DNA of 64,000 nt from an uncultured Phycisphaerales bacterium. Lineage in GTDB: Bacteria; Planctomycetota; Phycisphaerae; Tepidisphaerales; Tepidisphaeraceae. This document shows, piece after piece, positions 31,146 through 41,797 of this stretch. The notes beneath the pieces were generated by a model. The model worked only from the letters and a program-made list of their open reading frames with translations. It was not told the origin of the DNA and did not search any database. Each line of letters starts with the position of its first letter. The first letter of the stretch is position 1. The stretch is from positions 2,016,001 to 2,080,000 of the forward strand of contig CAVWLP010000002.1 of assembly GCA_963755915.1 (NCBI GenBank), in the 5' to 3' direction. The position numbers were made by a program, and so were the translations under genes.

Positions 31146-32932
31146 CGTCTCTGCAGCCTGTAGGTGAGATAAATCGCCGCCAGCAGCACCGCGGCATTGC
31201 CACCCCAGATGAAAATCAGCGAGGTCGCAAGCGGATCCTTGAAATCCGCCCCGGTCGTATACGGAACGTGCGTCGCCGTCTGCTGTCCGCTCACGATCAG
31301 CGTCATGCACAGCAGCGCCGGCACAAAACTCGCCGCAAACGCGTCCAGAAAATTCCCGCTGCGAAATCGTACGCCTAGCGCACACCCCACCATCACCAGG
31401 CTCAAACAGCTCAGCGCATAGCTGGCCCGCCCGTGCAATTCGCTCCGGGCGGCGTTATTCGTGCGAATCTGCTCATAGTGCAGGCAAAACGCCCCGCTGA
31501 ACGGAACCCGCCACGTCCGGATGTCTTTGTTCAGCTCAGTTGCCGAATCCGCCGGGTCATTCACGAAATCCTTGAGCTGCTTCTCTCCGATCTCCAGAAC
31601 CTCCCGCGACATCGGCACCGAAAACGTTCGCGGAAAACTCCCGCGCGGCGTATCCAATCCATCCTGCGTCCGCAATTCCACGTTGAACAACTCCACGCTC
31701 ACGTTCATCCGCCGTGCCGGCGGACCCGTGATCGCCCGAATGTCGTCGTTCGGCTGCACCCGAATGTCGATCTCCCGCGCGTCCGCGAAAAGCGTCTGCT
31801 GCGACCCGTGCGTCTCCCGCATCCAAACTTTCCGCGCGTTATCCCCACTGCTGGATGTAATGTGCAGATCCGCCCCCGTCCAGTTGCACACCGCATCCTG
31901 TGCCCCGATCTCATATTCATCGCTGTCCGGAGAATCGCTGGCAAACTGGTAGCTGGAGGTTCCATCAGCCGTCCAGTGGTCCAGCCCCGCCGCCACCTCG
32001 GCAAGAAACGCCTGACGCTGCTGCGTCCGCCGCAGCCCGCGCACCACCGTCTGCACGTCTTCGCTCTTGCCCGGATCGGTCGCCAATTCCGCCAGCCGCG
32101 AGATGTTCATGAACTTCACGTTCTCGCTGATGATCGAGGGAATCTCGAACGGCCCAAACCCGCTGCTCCCCACTCCCACCTGCACATTCCCGAAGAAAAC
32201 CCGCGGAAACTTAATCCCCCCGCTCAGCGAGATATTAACCATCGACGGCTCCGCCGGGTTCGGCCGGTCGATCGACACCAGCGCCCGCCGCGCCATCCAG
32301 AATTCCTTGGGGATGGCAACATTCAAATCCGTAGGCGAATAGTCATATTTCATCCACGCCGGCCCGATCAGCTCCACCCGCTGCAGCGTCGGACGGCTAG
32401 GATCCCCCGGCACCATCCGGGCGTCGTCCGCGTAAACATTGAACGATTGCCCGTCCGAATTCTCAAAGTCCAGCGCGTGCGCCTGCACGATCTTCGTCGC
32501 GATCACTTTCGCGATATTCTGATAGATAACCTCTTCCGCCTTCAGCAAATAAGCCGGCACCACAAAGCACAGCAGAATCAAGCTGCTCACCGCCACCACC
32601 AGCCCCAGCACCACCGCCGGCAGGGCGATCGAAAACCGCCGCGGCGAAATATAGCTGATCCCCGACGCCCGCATCGCCGTCAGCTCATTGTCCGCCGCGA
32701 ACCGTCCATAAATCATCGTCGTCGCAAAGAGCGCCGAAACGGGTAGCGAATACGCGCAAACCGCCGGCATCGAATAAAGCAGCAGCCGCATCACCTGCCC
32801 GAAATCCAGCCCATTTTCCGTCAGCGGGCGCAGCAGCACCGCAAAGCTCATCATTGCCGCAAGCCCGCCCGTGGTCATGAGAAACGATTTGAGAAGGTTC
32901 CCGAAGATGTACCAGAACAGGGTTTTACTCAT
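31142..32932 (-). CDS. LptF/LptG family permease with large periplasmic domain
   Basis: LFWYIF, YGRFAADNELTAMRASGIS. Confidence 0.85.
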   Translation of the reverse strand: MSKTLFWYIFGNLLKSFLMTTGGLAAMMSFAVLLRPLTENGLDFGQVMRLLLYSMPAVCAYSLPVSALFATTMIYGRFAADNELTAMRASGISYISPRRFSIALPAVVLGLVVAVSSLILLCFVVPAYLLKAEEVIYQNIAKVIATKIVQAHALDFENSDGQSFNVYADDARMVPGDPSRPTLQRVELIGPAWMKYDYSPTDLNVAIPKEFWMARRALVSIDRPNPAEPSMVNISLSGGIKFPRVFFGNVQVGVGSSGFGPFEIPSIISENVKFMNISRLAELATDPGKSEDVQTVVRGLRRTQQRQAFLAEVAAGLDHWTADGTSSYQFASDSPDSDEYEIGAQDAVCNWTGADLHITSSSGDNARKVWMRETHGSQQTLFADAREIDIRVQPNDDIRAITGPPARRMNVSVELFNVELRTQDGLDTPRGSFPRTFSVPMSREVLEIGEKQLKDFVNDPADSATELNKDIRTWRVPFSGAFCLHYEQIRTNNAARSELHGRASYALSCLSLVMVGCALGVRFRSGNFLDAFAASFVPALLCMTLIVSGQQTATHVPYTTGADFKDPLATSLIFIWGGNAAVLLAAIYLTYRLQRR

Positions 32933-33041
32933 GCGCCCGAACTTATCGCCTCAAGTCAATCCATCATCGGTGCAGAGCGCTCAAATGCAACAATCCGCAC
33001 CTCTTCGTGTAGCCGGCCCGCTTGCGGGCCGTGTTTTCCCC

Positions 33042-33788
33042 TCAAACCCCTTGGAAATCATGCCTTCTCGGATCCGCGATCGCCACCGCAATCGCTCGAA
33101 TCGACACCGGCCCCGCCTGCTTAATTGCCCTTGCCGCCGCCTTCACGGTAGACCCCGTCGTAATCACATCATCCACCAGCGCGACGCGTTTGCCCTTTAT
33201 CGATTTCCCATCCACCAGCCCAAACGCCAACCGCAAATTCGCCGCCCGATCCGCCGCCGCATAAACGCTTGTCTGCGCCGAAGTATTTTTCAGCCGCACG
33301 ATCGGATACTTCACCGCAATTCCCGGGCGCCTTCGAGCCAGCCGCCGCGCCAACGCATCCGCCTGATTGTACCCCCTTCCAATCTGCCGCGACCAGTACA
33401 GCGGCACCGGCACGAGAACATCAATCTCATCCAGCGCCCGCCGAATCCGCGGCTGCTCCCACATCGCATCCGCCAGAATCTCCGCCACCGGCCACCGATG
33501 CCGATATTTCATCTCATGCACCATCTTCCTCAATGGCTCCCGAAACGCCCCCAGCGCCACGATCGACTCAAACGGCGCCACTCCAGCCCCATTACAAAAC
33601 GCACAAGCACTCCCCTCCGGCACTGGCGCCCCACAAAGCCCGCACGCAGGCGATGCAGCCAGCCCCAAAACCGCCGCTTTGCATTCCGAACAAAACCGCT
33701 CCCGATCCTCCCCAATCGCCACCCCGCATACCGCGCAACTCGGCGGATAAATAAAATTCGCAAGATCGCGCGCAATACCCGTCAACAC
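33042..33788 (-). CDS. comF: ComF family amidophosphoribosyltransferase-like protein
   Basis: Double Zn-finger N-term, VPVPL..RGYNQA, LVDDVITTGST. Confidence 0.9.
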   Translation of the reverse strand: MLTGIARDLANFIYPPSCAVCGVAIGEDRERFCSECKAAVLGLAASPACGLCGAPVPEGSACAFCNGAGVAPFESIVALGAFREPLRKMVHEMKYRHRWPVAEILADAMWEQPRIRRALDEIDVLVPVPLYWSRQIGRGYNQADALARRLARRRPGIAVKYPIVRLKNTSAQTSVYAAADRAANLRLAFGLVDGKSIKGKRVALVDDVITTGSTVKAAARAIKQAGPVSIRAIAVAIADPRRHDFQGV

Positions 33789-33899
33789 TCCTCCATTTTA
33801 TCCTAAACCCCGCAACAATAGGCGATTCCCCCTTCGTCATTCGGACTTCATTCGTCATTCAGATTTCTGGTTTCGAGTTTCTCCCCACCCCCTATTTTC

Positions 33900-33929
33900 T
33901 TGACACCCGCCCCCACCCCATCGTATTCT
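33900..33929 (+). promoter_or_regulatory. sigma70-type promoter for kdsB-pyrG
   Basis: TTGACA-18 nt-TATTCT. Confidence 0.55.
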
Positions 33930-33978
33930 CGCCCCGCAGTTTGGAGTTGACCCTGACCATGCTGTTTGAGGATCGGCT

Positions 33979-34712
33979 TTGGCTGCGATTGGCGTAATCC
34001 CTGCCCGTTTCTCCTCCACTCGTTTTCCCGGCAAAATCGTCGCCTCTGAAACCGGCAAACCCCTCGTCCAGCACGTCGTCGAACGCGCCAAAAGGGCCCA
34101 AACTCTCGCCGACGTAATCGTCGCCACCGATGACGCCCGCGTTATCGACGCCCTCCGCCCCTTCGAAACCCGCTGCGTGCTGACCTCCCCAAATCACCCC
34201 AGCGGCACCGACCGCATCGCCGAAGTCGCCAAAACCCTTTCAGAATCAATCATCGTGAATATCCAGGGCGACGAGCCGGAAATCGAGCCGGAGACGATTG
34301 ATGCGCTCGTCCACCGCCTCGAAAGCGGTAGGGGGGACATGGCGACTGCCGCCAGCCGAATTCATCCCCTCCGACGATCCGCTCAAATCCCAACCTGGTC
34401 AAAGTCGTCATAAGTCTCGACGGCAAAGCAATATATTTCTCGCGCTCCATCATCCCCTTCGAGCGCGATTCGGCCGGAACCTCCCGGCCGGCGTATTATT
34501 TACATCAGGGAATTTACGCCTACCGGCGTGAGTTTCTTCTGCAATTGGCTTCGTGGAAGCCTACGCCGCTGGAATCAGCGGAAAAGCTCGAACAGCTTCG
34601 CGTTCTCGAGCACGGGCGGTCGATCGACGTGATTATCACCCGGCGCGCGGTGCACGGCATCGACACGCCGGAACAATACGCGGATTTTGTTAAACGATTC
34701 AGGAATTTCTAA
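33979..34712 (+). CDS. kdsB: 3-deoxy-manno-octulosonate cytidylyltransferase, frameshift near 34357
   Basis: VIPARFSSTRFPGK, SGTDR, VNIQGDEP; YFSRA.IP, EKLEQLR.LE, GIDTPE in shifted frame. Confidence 0.93.
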
Positions 34713-36461
34713 ATGAGCAACGAAGAACTTTTGTACAAGATCGGACAGTCAACGGAAGAGACGGAGTTTTACACTCCCATGCCCCCCGGCTACGCACGGG
34801 CCACCATAAATTCGTCGTCGTCGTCGGCACCGTCATGAGCGGCCTTGGCAAAGGGATATTCTCCTCCTCCCTGGCCAAGCTCCTGCAGGACAAGGGCCTG
34901 CGCGTCGCCCCCATCAAGATGGAAGGCTATTACAACATCGACAGCGGTACCCTCAACCCCTACCGCCACGGCGAAGTCTTCGTCCTCGACGACGGCATGG
35001 AAACCGACATGGACCTGGGCACCTACGAACGCCTCCTCGACCAGGATCTCACCGCCGCCAATTTCACCACCAACGGGCAGATCCTCTCCTCCGTACTGAA
35101 GAAAGAGCGCGAGGGCGGATATCTCGGCCGCGACGTGCAGTTCATTCCCCACGTCACCGGCGAAGTTAAGCTCCGCCTCCGCGAGCTGGCCGCCAAAACC
35201 AACGCCGACGTCGTCTTCGTCGAAGTCGGCGGCACCGTGGGCGACTTCGAAAACCAGGCCTACCTCGAAGCCTGCCGCCAGCTTGCCTACGAGGAGGGCG
35301 AAAACTCCGTCGTCGTTCGTCGTGCTGACATACGTCATGGAGCCCGGCGCCCTCGGCGAGCAGAAATCCAAGGCCGCCCAGCTTGGCATCAAGCGCCTCA
35401 TGGAAGCCGGCATCATGCCGCACATCATCGCCTGCCGGGCTTCCAATCCCGTCAAGGAAAAAGTCCGCGAAAAGATTTCCATGTACACCAACGTCCCGAT
35501 GCGGCGAGTGATCTCGATGCACGATGTCGAGAGCATCTACACCATTCCCGACGCCCTCCGCGCCGCCGGCATCGACCGCGAAGTCCTGACCCTGCTGACC
35601 CTTCACGACCGCGTCGATCAGCGGCAAGCGAAGACCAGGCCCGCCTCAAATGGCGCCAGTTCGTCGACCGCATCGGCAAGCCGCGCAAAGACGTCACCGT
35701 CGCCGTCACCGGCAAATACACCGCCCTGCGCGATTCCTACGCCTCCATCATCAAGGCCGCCGAACATTGCGGCGTCCAGCTCGGCGTCAACGTCAACTTC
35801 AAGTGGATCGACACCACCAGCATCGACGCCAACAACGTCGCCAAACGCCTCGCCGACATGCCACGGCATCATCGTCCCCGGCGGGTTCGGCGTCCGCGGC
35901 ACCGAAGGAAAAATCGAGTGCATCCGCTTCGCCCGCGAAAACAAAATGCCCTACCTCGGCCTCTGCCTCGGCTTCCAGATGGCGGTCATCGAATTCGCCC
36001 GCAACGTCTGCGGCATCGCCGGCGCCAACAGCACCGAATTCGAAAAGAACTGTAAAAACGCCGTCATCGACATCCTCCCCGAACAAAAGAAAATCGAAGG
36101 CCTCGGCGGAAACATGCGCCTCGGCGGCAAAGACGTCGAGCTCAAACCCGGCACCCTCGCCGCCAAGCTCTTCGACAACGCCCGCACCATCCGCCTCCGT
36201 TTCCGCCACCGCTACGAAGTCGACCCCAAATATATCCCCACCCTGGAAGAACACGGCATGATCTTCAGCGGCAAGCATCCCACCCAGCCGATCATGCAAA
36301 TCCTGGAGTTGCCCCAGGACGTCCATCCCTATTTCGTAGGAACCCAGGCCCACCCGGAGCTGACGAGCCGCCCCCTCCGCCCCCAGCCGCTTTTCCTCGG
36401 ATTCTGCAAAGCGGTGATGGAATTTGCCGACCGAAAAGTGCGCGAGCCGCAGGCGGTGTGA
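34713..36461 (+). CDS. pyrG: CTP synthase, several frameshifts
   Basis: SGLGKG, HGEVFVLDDG.ETD.DLG.YER, VQFIPHVT, EVGGTVGD; PGGFG.RG, LGLCLGFQ, RHRYEV, QAHPE. Confidence 0.95.
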
Positions 36462-36469
36462 GGCATCTC

Positions 36470-36964
36470 ATGGGTGAATCGACGGATAACTCGTCGAGCC
36501 CCTCGCAGACCACACAGGATCCAAACCAAATCTTGGATTATCGAACGCCGGGTGCCCAGCCCGCAGCCGTCGAAGAAGGCTTCTCAGTACCTCGAGTCCT
36601 TGGCCAGTTTGCAATTGGAGCGATGTTGCCGTTCGTTTTCCTGGCGCTGCGGGACCGCGATCTTTCGGCGATTTGGGCGGGCGCCTTTATGACGTGGGGC
36701 TTGTGCGCGATCTTACTAATTGCAATTAAGATTCGCGGCGCCGTTGTCCCCCTGGATCCCAACGGCAGGCCATGGTGGATCCACACGAGCGCCGGAGCCT
36801 TAATGGCGACGGTGTTCCTCTTGATTTTGGTCAACACCACGGATCGCGATAGATATTGGACGATTCTTGGCGACGGCGGCACCATTTTACTGGCTCTTTG
36901 CCTGACCTCGATTGCCGCGGGAATGCTGGCGATCCTGCTCGCGCCGAAGAAGCGGACAAATTAA
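36470..36964 (+). CDS. Hypothetical 4-TM membrane protein
   Basis: N-term LDYRTP then four hydrophobic segments. Confidence 0.6.
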   Translation: MGESTDNSSSPSQTTQDPNQILDYRTPGAQPAAVEEGFSVPRVLGQFAIGAMLPFVFLALRDRDLSAIWAGAFMTWGLCAILLIAIKIRGAVVPLDPNGRPWWIHTSAGALMATVFLLILVNTTDRDRYWTILGDGGTILLALCLTSIAAGMLAILLAPKKRTN

Positions 36965-37011
36965 AGGAAATTTTCCGCGCCTCGGTATGCTAAATTTCGC
37001 GCGAGCCCCCA

Positions 37012-37052
37012 CCCCCTCGCCCTGTACTCAGGGAGAGGGTTGGGGTGAGGGC
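37012..37052 (+). repeat. GTAC-loop CCCTC/GAGGG REP-like repeat
   Basis: CCCCCTCGCCCTGTACTCAGGGAGAGGGTTGGGGTGAGGG. Confidence 0.8.
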
Positions 37053-37146
37053 CCTCGAAGAATCTGGCTTCCTAAGGGCCAACATCCGCGATTACTCGAC
37101 ATCGTGGTTTTCCCCACGGGGCGGGTTCGGGATATAATCGTCGGTG

Positions 37147-37338
37147 ATGAGCACCGCCCAATTACGCCGCGAATTGAAAAAAGCCATCGATCGGCTTCCG
37201 CCGAAGCAACTGGAGTCAGTCGACGATTTTGTGCGATTCCTTAGTCGCCCGTCGATAGCTGAGCGTCTGGCTGCGGCGGAAAAGTCGATCGCCGCCGGAA
37301 AAGGGATCAACTGGCGCAAGGTCCGGTCGGATGTTTGA
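37147..37338 (+). CDS. Putative type II antitoxin
   Basis: Small ORF (IDRLP...V.DFV.FL, G.GINW.KVR) overlapping relE; TATAAT 8 nt upstream. Confidence 0.75.
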   Translation: MSTAQLRRELKKAIDRLPPKQLESVDDFVRFLSRPSIAERLAAAEKSIAAGKGINWRKVRSDV

Positions 37339-37590
37339 GGTAATCCTCTCCTCAGAGGCTAGGGGATTCTACGACGCCGCGGATCGTCCCCTCGCGCGAA
37401 GCTTGCGCGTTGTTTTGCCGTTTTGGAAGAGAATCCCCGTCAACACAACAATGCCAAGCGACTCACCGGTCAGAAGGCAGGTCAGTGGCGATTCAGAGTC
37501 GGTGATTGGCGCGTGGTCTATCGCATCGACGGCGACGCCCAGCGAGTTTTTGTCCTAATCATCGCGCATCGGCGCGAAGTCTACGACTGA
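37331..37590 (+). CDS. RelE/ParE family toxin, frameshift near 37400
   Basis: MFEVILS..A..F; then LEENPR..KRLTG...WRFRVGDWRVVYRID...IAHRREVY in shifted frame. Confidence 0.85.
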
Positions 37591-37603
37591 TTCCCTGGCA
37601 TCC

Positions 37604-39249
37604 TCAATTTGTGGACTTCGGAATCAGCGCACGAAGCACTTCCCGCCCCAGCGCCGGCGCCGAAGGATTCCGACCCGCCATCTTCCCACTCAGCACCTCC
37701 CGAATCCTCCGCACCAATCCCTCGCGCGACAGCGTCCCTACGCAAACCGTCCCCAGCGGCAGCACCGGCAAACACTCTTCCCATCCGCAAACGCCTCCAG
37801 CGTCGCCCGGCACTGATAAACCGCGCTCGTCAAATCCCCCACGCTTTCAATCGCCCCACCCCAAACCGATTTCAGATCGGCAATCTCCCCCCAACCTCTC
37901 CCAAACACCGCCAGCGGCACGCCGCTATTCGCCAGCATTCGAACCAGCCCTCTTTTGTAAGCCGGAAAAATCAGCCTCTCAAAAAACATCCCCCGGTCCA
38001 TCCCCTCATCCGCCGAGCCCAGTTTGCTCATCCGCGATTGCAGATATCGCTCCGGATTATCCCCCAGCGCCAACGGATCGCGCAAAAGCTCCGCCTCGAT
38101 CGACTCCCAAAGCAGCAGTTGGCTCGAAAAATCCTTCACCCGCTGCGGAATTTCAATCGCCGAAACATCGCAAAAAATCCCCAGCCGCCGGGGCGGATCC
38201 TCCGGCGTCGGCACTACGCCCGGCCATCCCGCAATCGCAATCCGTTCCGCCCGCCAGCCCATGTTGATCGCCGCTTCGCGCCAGCTCGCATCGGCAAGAA
38301 TCACCCCATCCCCCGCGCAATTCGCCATCGGCGTGACAATCCGTCCCGTCGTCACCCAGGTAATCCAGGCTGTCCGCGGCCCGACAACGCCGGCCAAATC
38401 CGCCCGGAAAAAATCTCCCGCCACGACCGCCCCCGCATCCGCCGCAGCCTCCGCCAGCGCCAGCGGCGAAGCGCTCAACGGATGATCCGTATCAATGCCG
38501 CAGAATCCATCCGTCTCCCCATCCTTCAGCAGCGCCGTTCGCAGCGCCACATTCGAAAGGTCCGCCAGGTTAAACCGCGATCCCGCCAGCACGATGATCT
38601 TTCCCGTACGCGATTTCTTATCGCCCGCCCCCAAAATCTCCGGCAATCGCTCCGCCCGCCGATTCGTCTCCCGCGAAATCACCTCCTGCGCCCCCTTCGT
38701 TAGCTGCGCCATCTCATTCTCATCCAGCAGCGGCGTTCGAATAAACTGCTGCGGCAGCGAAAGCCCGGGAAATCTCTCAAAAAGCTCCCCAAGCCGCCCC
38801 GGCCACTCCTCTCCCGAAACAAAAAGCAACCTCGCCCCCCTGATTTCCTCAACAAAATCATCGCAATGCAGCAGAATTTTCAAGCTCCCAACGTCTGGCA
38901 CCACCGCCAAAACCGCCTGCGTCGCTCCAATCTTCTCAAAACACGCCCTGATCTGCCCCGCATGCGAAGGACTCAGAAAGCACCCCAAACTCCCCACCAG
39001 CTCCAGTTTTTTGAGCATCTCCCGCGCCGCCGCCAGCGGCACAGAGCACCCGCTCCACCATCCCCCCTCCGTCCGCAGCGTCAAATATCCATCCCGTCCA
39101 AAAACCCATTCCCCGGAGACTTCATGCCCAGACAATAATGCAGCGATTCCCAATTGCAGCCCCTCCATGGCCGCAACATTGCCGCGAAAGTTTTCCGCCG
39201 CCGCCAACTCGGCAGACAAAGCCTGGGGAATTTGCGTCTCGGCAATCAT
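37604..39249 (-). CDS. Hypothetical protein, possibly glycosylation-associated; 3' end uncertain (probable frameshift)
   Basis: 503-aa ORF with typical codon usage; C-term LAVFGRGW weakly glycosyltransferase-like. Confidence 0.55.
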
Positions 39250-39371
39250 CCGATTGAGAGATTATCGGACATACCGACCGCAGAGGATTAGCCTATGCAA
39301 TCCGCCCCCACCCACAAAGCCAATCCGAAAAATGCATCTCACCGCCGCAATCATCGATTCTTTGTCTTTCC

Positions 39372-39432
39372 TGGCGATCTTCGCGTCTTGGCGGTTATAA
39401 GATTTTTAACCGCCAAGACGCGAAGAGCGCCA
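39372..39432. repeat. CTTGGCGGTT/AACCGCCAAG palindrome
   Basis: Same arms as 16959-17093, arranged back-to-back. Confidence 0.8.
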
Positions 39433-39508
39433 ATAATTGTGAATCTATTGAACACATGCATTGCCTCCGGACTCCCCGCTTTGCCAAAACCATGACTGAA
39501 AGAAGAAC

Positions 39509-39586
39509 CTCACGCAGAGGCGCAAGGCGCAGAGGAAAAAAAATCCGAATCTCCATCTTCCTCCGCGCCTTGCGCCTCTGCGTGAG
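39509..39586. repeat. CTCACGCAGAG palindromic repeat, copy 2
   Basis: Matches 832-904. Confidence 0.85.
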
Positions 39587-39705
39587 ATATTAATTCGGTC
39601 GAACTGCCGGCCAATTCCGCCCCAATATCTCCGCGGTGAATAGCCCGGTTTAACCCCAAAATAGTCTTCCCCCCAATCTTCGACTAAAATCCCCCATTAG
39701 CCCAT

Positions 39706-40554
39706 ATGCGATTCACCAAAATGCACGGCATCGGCAACGATTACGTCTACGTCAACGGTTTCACCGAAACCGTCCCCGACCCCGCGCGCCTCGCCATCCA
39801 AATATCCAATCGCCATTTCGGCGTAGGCTCCGACGGCCTGATCTTGATTCTCCCATCGAATAAAGCCGACGTCCGCATGCGCATGTTCAACGCCGACGGC
39901 TCCGAAGCCGAAATGTGCGGCAACGGCATCCGCTGCGTCGCCAAATTCGCCTACGAGCACGCCCTCGCAAAAACCAACCCCATGCGCATCGAAACCGGCA
40001 GCGGGGTCCTCTCCCTCCAACTCCACCTCGACGGCCCAAAAGTCGATCGCGTCACCGTCGATATGGGCAAACCCATCCTCGATCTGCCCAAAATTCCCGT
40101 GACGGCGCAATTCCTGACCCCGCTCAAATCGCCGCATCAATTTGAATTCCGCATCGGCGACACTCGAATATCCAACGCCACATTCGTCTCCATGGGAAAT
40201 CCCCACGTGGTCATCTTCGAGCCGAACGTCGCCGATATCGACGTGCGGCAACTGGGCCCGCTCATCGAGCACTTCAAAGCCTTCCCCAATCGCATCAACG
40301 CCCATTGGGTCCAGGTCATCTCGCGAGGCGAAGTCATCATGCGCACTTGGGAACGCGGCAGCGGCATCACCCAGGCCTGCGGCACCGGCGCCTGCGCCGT
40401 CTGCGTCGCCGGCGCTCTCACCAACCGCACCGACCGCAAAATCCTCGCCCATTTGCCCGGCGGCGACCTCAATCTCGATTGGCGCACCACCGACGACACC
40501 GTCCACATGACCGGCCCCGCCACCGAAGTCTTCTCCGGCGATTGGCCGCTATAA
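39706..40554 (+). CDS. dapF: Diaminopimelate epimerase
   Basis: FTKMHGIGNDY, NADGSEAEMCGNG.RC, SMGNPH, WERGSG.T.ACGTGA. Confidence 0.96.
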   Translation: MRFTKMHGIGNDYVYVNGFTETVPDPARLAIQISNRHFGVGSDGLILILPSNKADVRMRMFNADGSEAEMCGNGIRCVAKFAYEHALAKTNPMRIETGSGVLSLQLHLDGPKVDRVTVDMGKPILDLPKIPVTAQFLTPLKSPHQFEFRIGDTRISNATFVSMGNPHVVIFEPNVADIDVRQLGPLIEHFKAFPNRINAHWVQVISRGEVIMRTWERGSGITQACGTGACAVCVAGALTNRTDRKILAHLPGGDLNLDWRTTDDTVHMTGPATEVFSGDWPL

Positions 40555-40603
40555 TCTCCACATACTCTATGAAAGCCACGGACCAAGCCGTGGACAACCC
40601 CTA

Positions 40604-41674
40604 ATGCCCCTCACACGCGACCAGGTCATCAAGGCTCTCCAAACCGTTCAAGACCCCGAACTGTTTAAGGACATCGTCTCCCTCAACATGGTCAAGGAAA
40701 TCCGCCTCGACGGCGACAACGTCTGGGTCAACGTCGAGCTGACGACTCCCGCCTGCCCCCTCAAAGAGCGCATTGAAAAAGATGTAACGACCGCCCTGAA
40801 AGCCGCCGGCGCCAGCGAAGTCTCCCTCCAGCTCACCGCCAACACCCGCGGCCCAGCCAACCCGCGCAAGGACGTCCTCCCCCAGGTCAAAAATGTCGTT
40901 GCCGTCGGCGCCGGCAAAGGCGGCGTCGGAAAATCCACCATCGCCCTCAATCTCGCCGTCGGCCTCCAACGCGCCGGCGCCCAGGTCGGCCTCATGGACG
41001 GCGACATCTACGGCCCCTCCATGCCCACCATGCTCGGCATCAAGGGCCAAACCCCACGCCTCAGCGGCAACAAAATCATCCCCCACTTCGTACACGGCAT
41101 TCACGCCATCACCATGGGCTCCCTCGTCGAGCCCGAAAAACCCCTCATCTGGCGCGGCCCCATGGCCCACGGCGCCTTCCGCCAACTCCTCCTCGACAAC
41201 ACCCTCTGGCCCGAACTCGATTACCTCATCGTCGATCTCCCCCCCGGCACCGGCGACGTCCCCCTCACCCTCTGCCAGCTTCTCCCCCTCACCGGCGCCG
41301 TCATCGTCGCCACTCCCCAGCAGGTCGCCCTCGACGACGCCGTCCGCGCCGTAAAAATGTTCGAGCAGCTCCAAACCTCGATTCTGGGCCTCGTAGAAAA
41401 CATGAGCTATTTCGCCGCCCCCGACGGCTCCGAGCACGACCTCTTCGGCCGCGGAGGCGCCGAAACCGCCGCCAAACAAATGGGCCTCCCCTTCCTCGGC
41501 GCAATCCCCCTCTACACCGAACTCCGCGCCAACAGCGACGCAGGCACTCCCGAGAAAAACTTTGAAGGAAACCCCACCCTCGCCGCCGCCCTCTCCCACA
41601 TCGTCGAAAACCTCGCCGGCCAGATCAGCAAACACAACCTTGCCGGCGACGCCCCGCAGCTCAACATCACCTAA
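40604..41674 (+). CDS. mrp: Mrp/ApbC/NBP35 Fe-S cluster carrier ATPase
   Basis: LTTPACPLK, GKGGVGKST, DIYGPS, WRGPM, DLPPGTGD, VENMS. Confidence 0.93.
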   Translation: MPLTRDQVIKALQTVQDPELFKDIVSLNMVKEIRLDGDNVWVNVELTTPACPLKERIEKDVTTALKAAGASEVSLQLTANTRGPANPRKDVLPQVKNVVAVGAGKGGVGKSTIALNLAVGLQRAGAQVGLMDGDIYGPSMPTMLGIKGQTPRLSGNKIIPHFVHGIHAITMGSLVEPEKPLIWRGPMAHGAFRQLLLDNTLWPELDYLIVDLPPGTGDVPLTLCQLLPLTGAVIVATPQQVALDDAVRAVKMFEQLQTSILGLVENMSYFAAPDGSEHDLFGRGGAETAAKQMGLPFLGAIPLYTELRANSDAGTPEKNFEGNPTLAAALSHIVENLAGQISKHNLAGDAPQLNIT

Positions 41675-41797
41675 GCGCAACGCCTAAATACGCGCCCTCA
41701 AACAAAAACCATCCCACACCCGTTTAGCCGCAACTCCGAAGGAGTGCGTTTTTTCCGCTGTCGCACAATCAAGCCGCCCCACTTAGGATGGCGCCAA

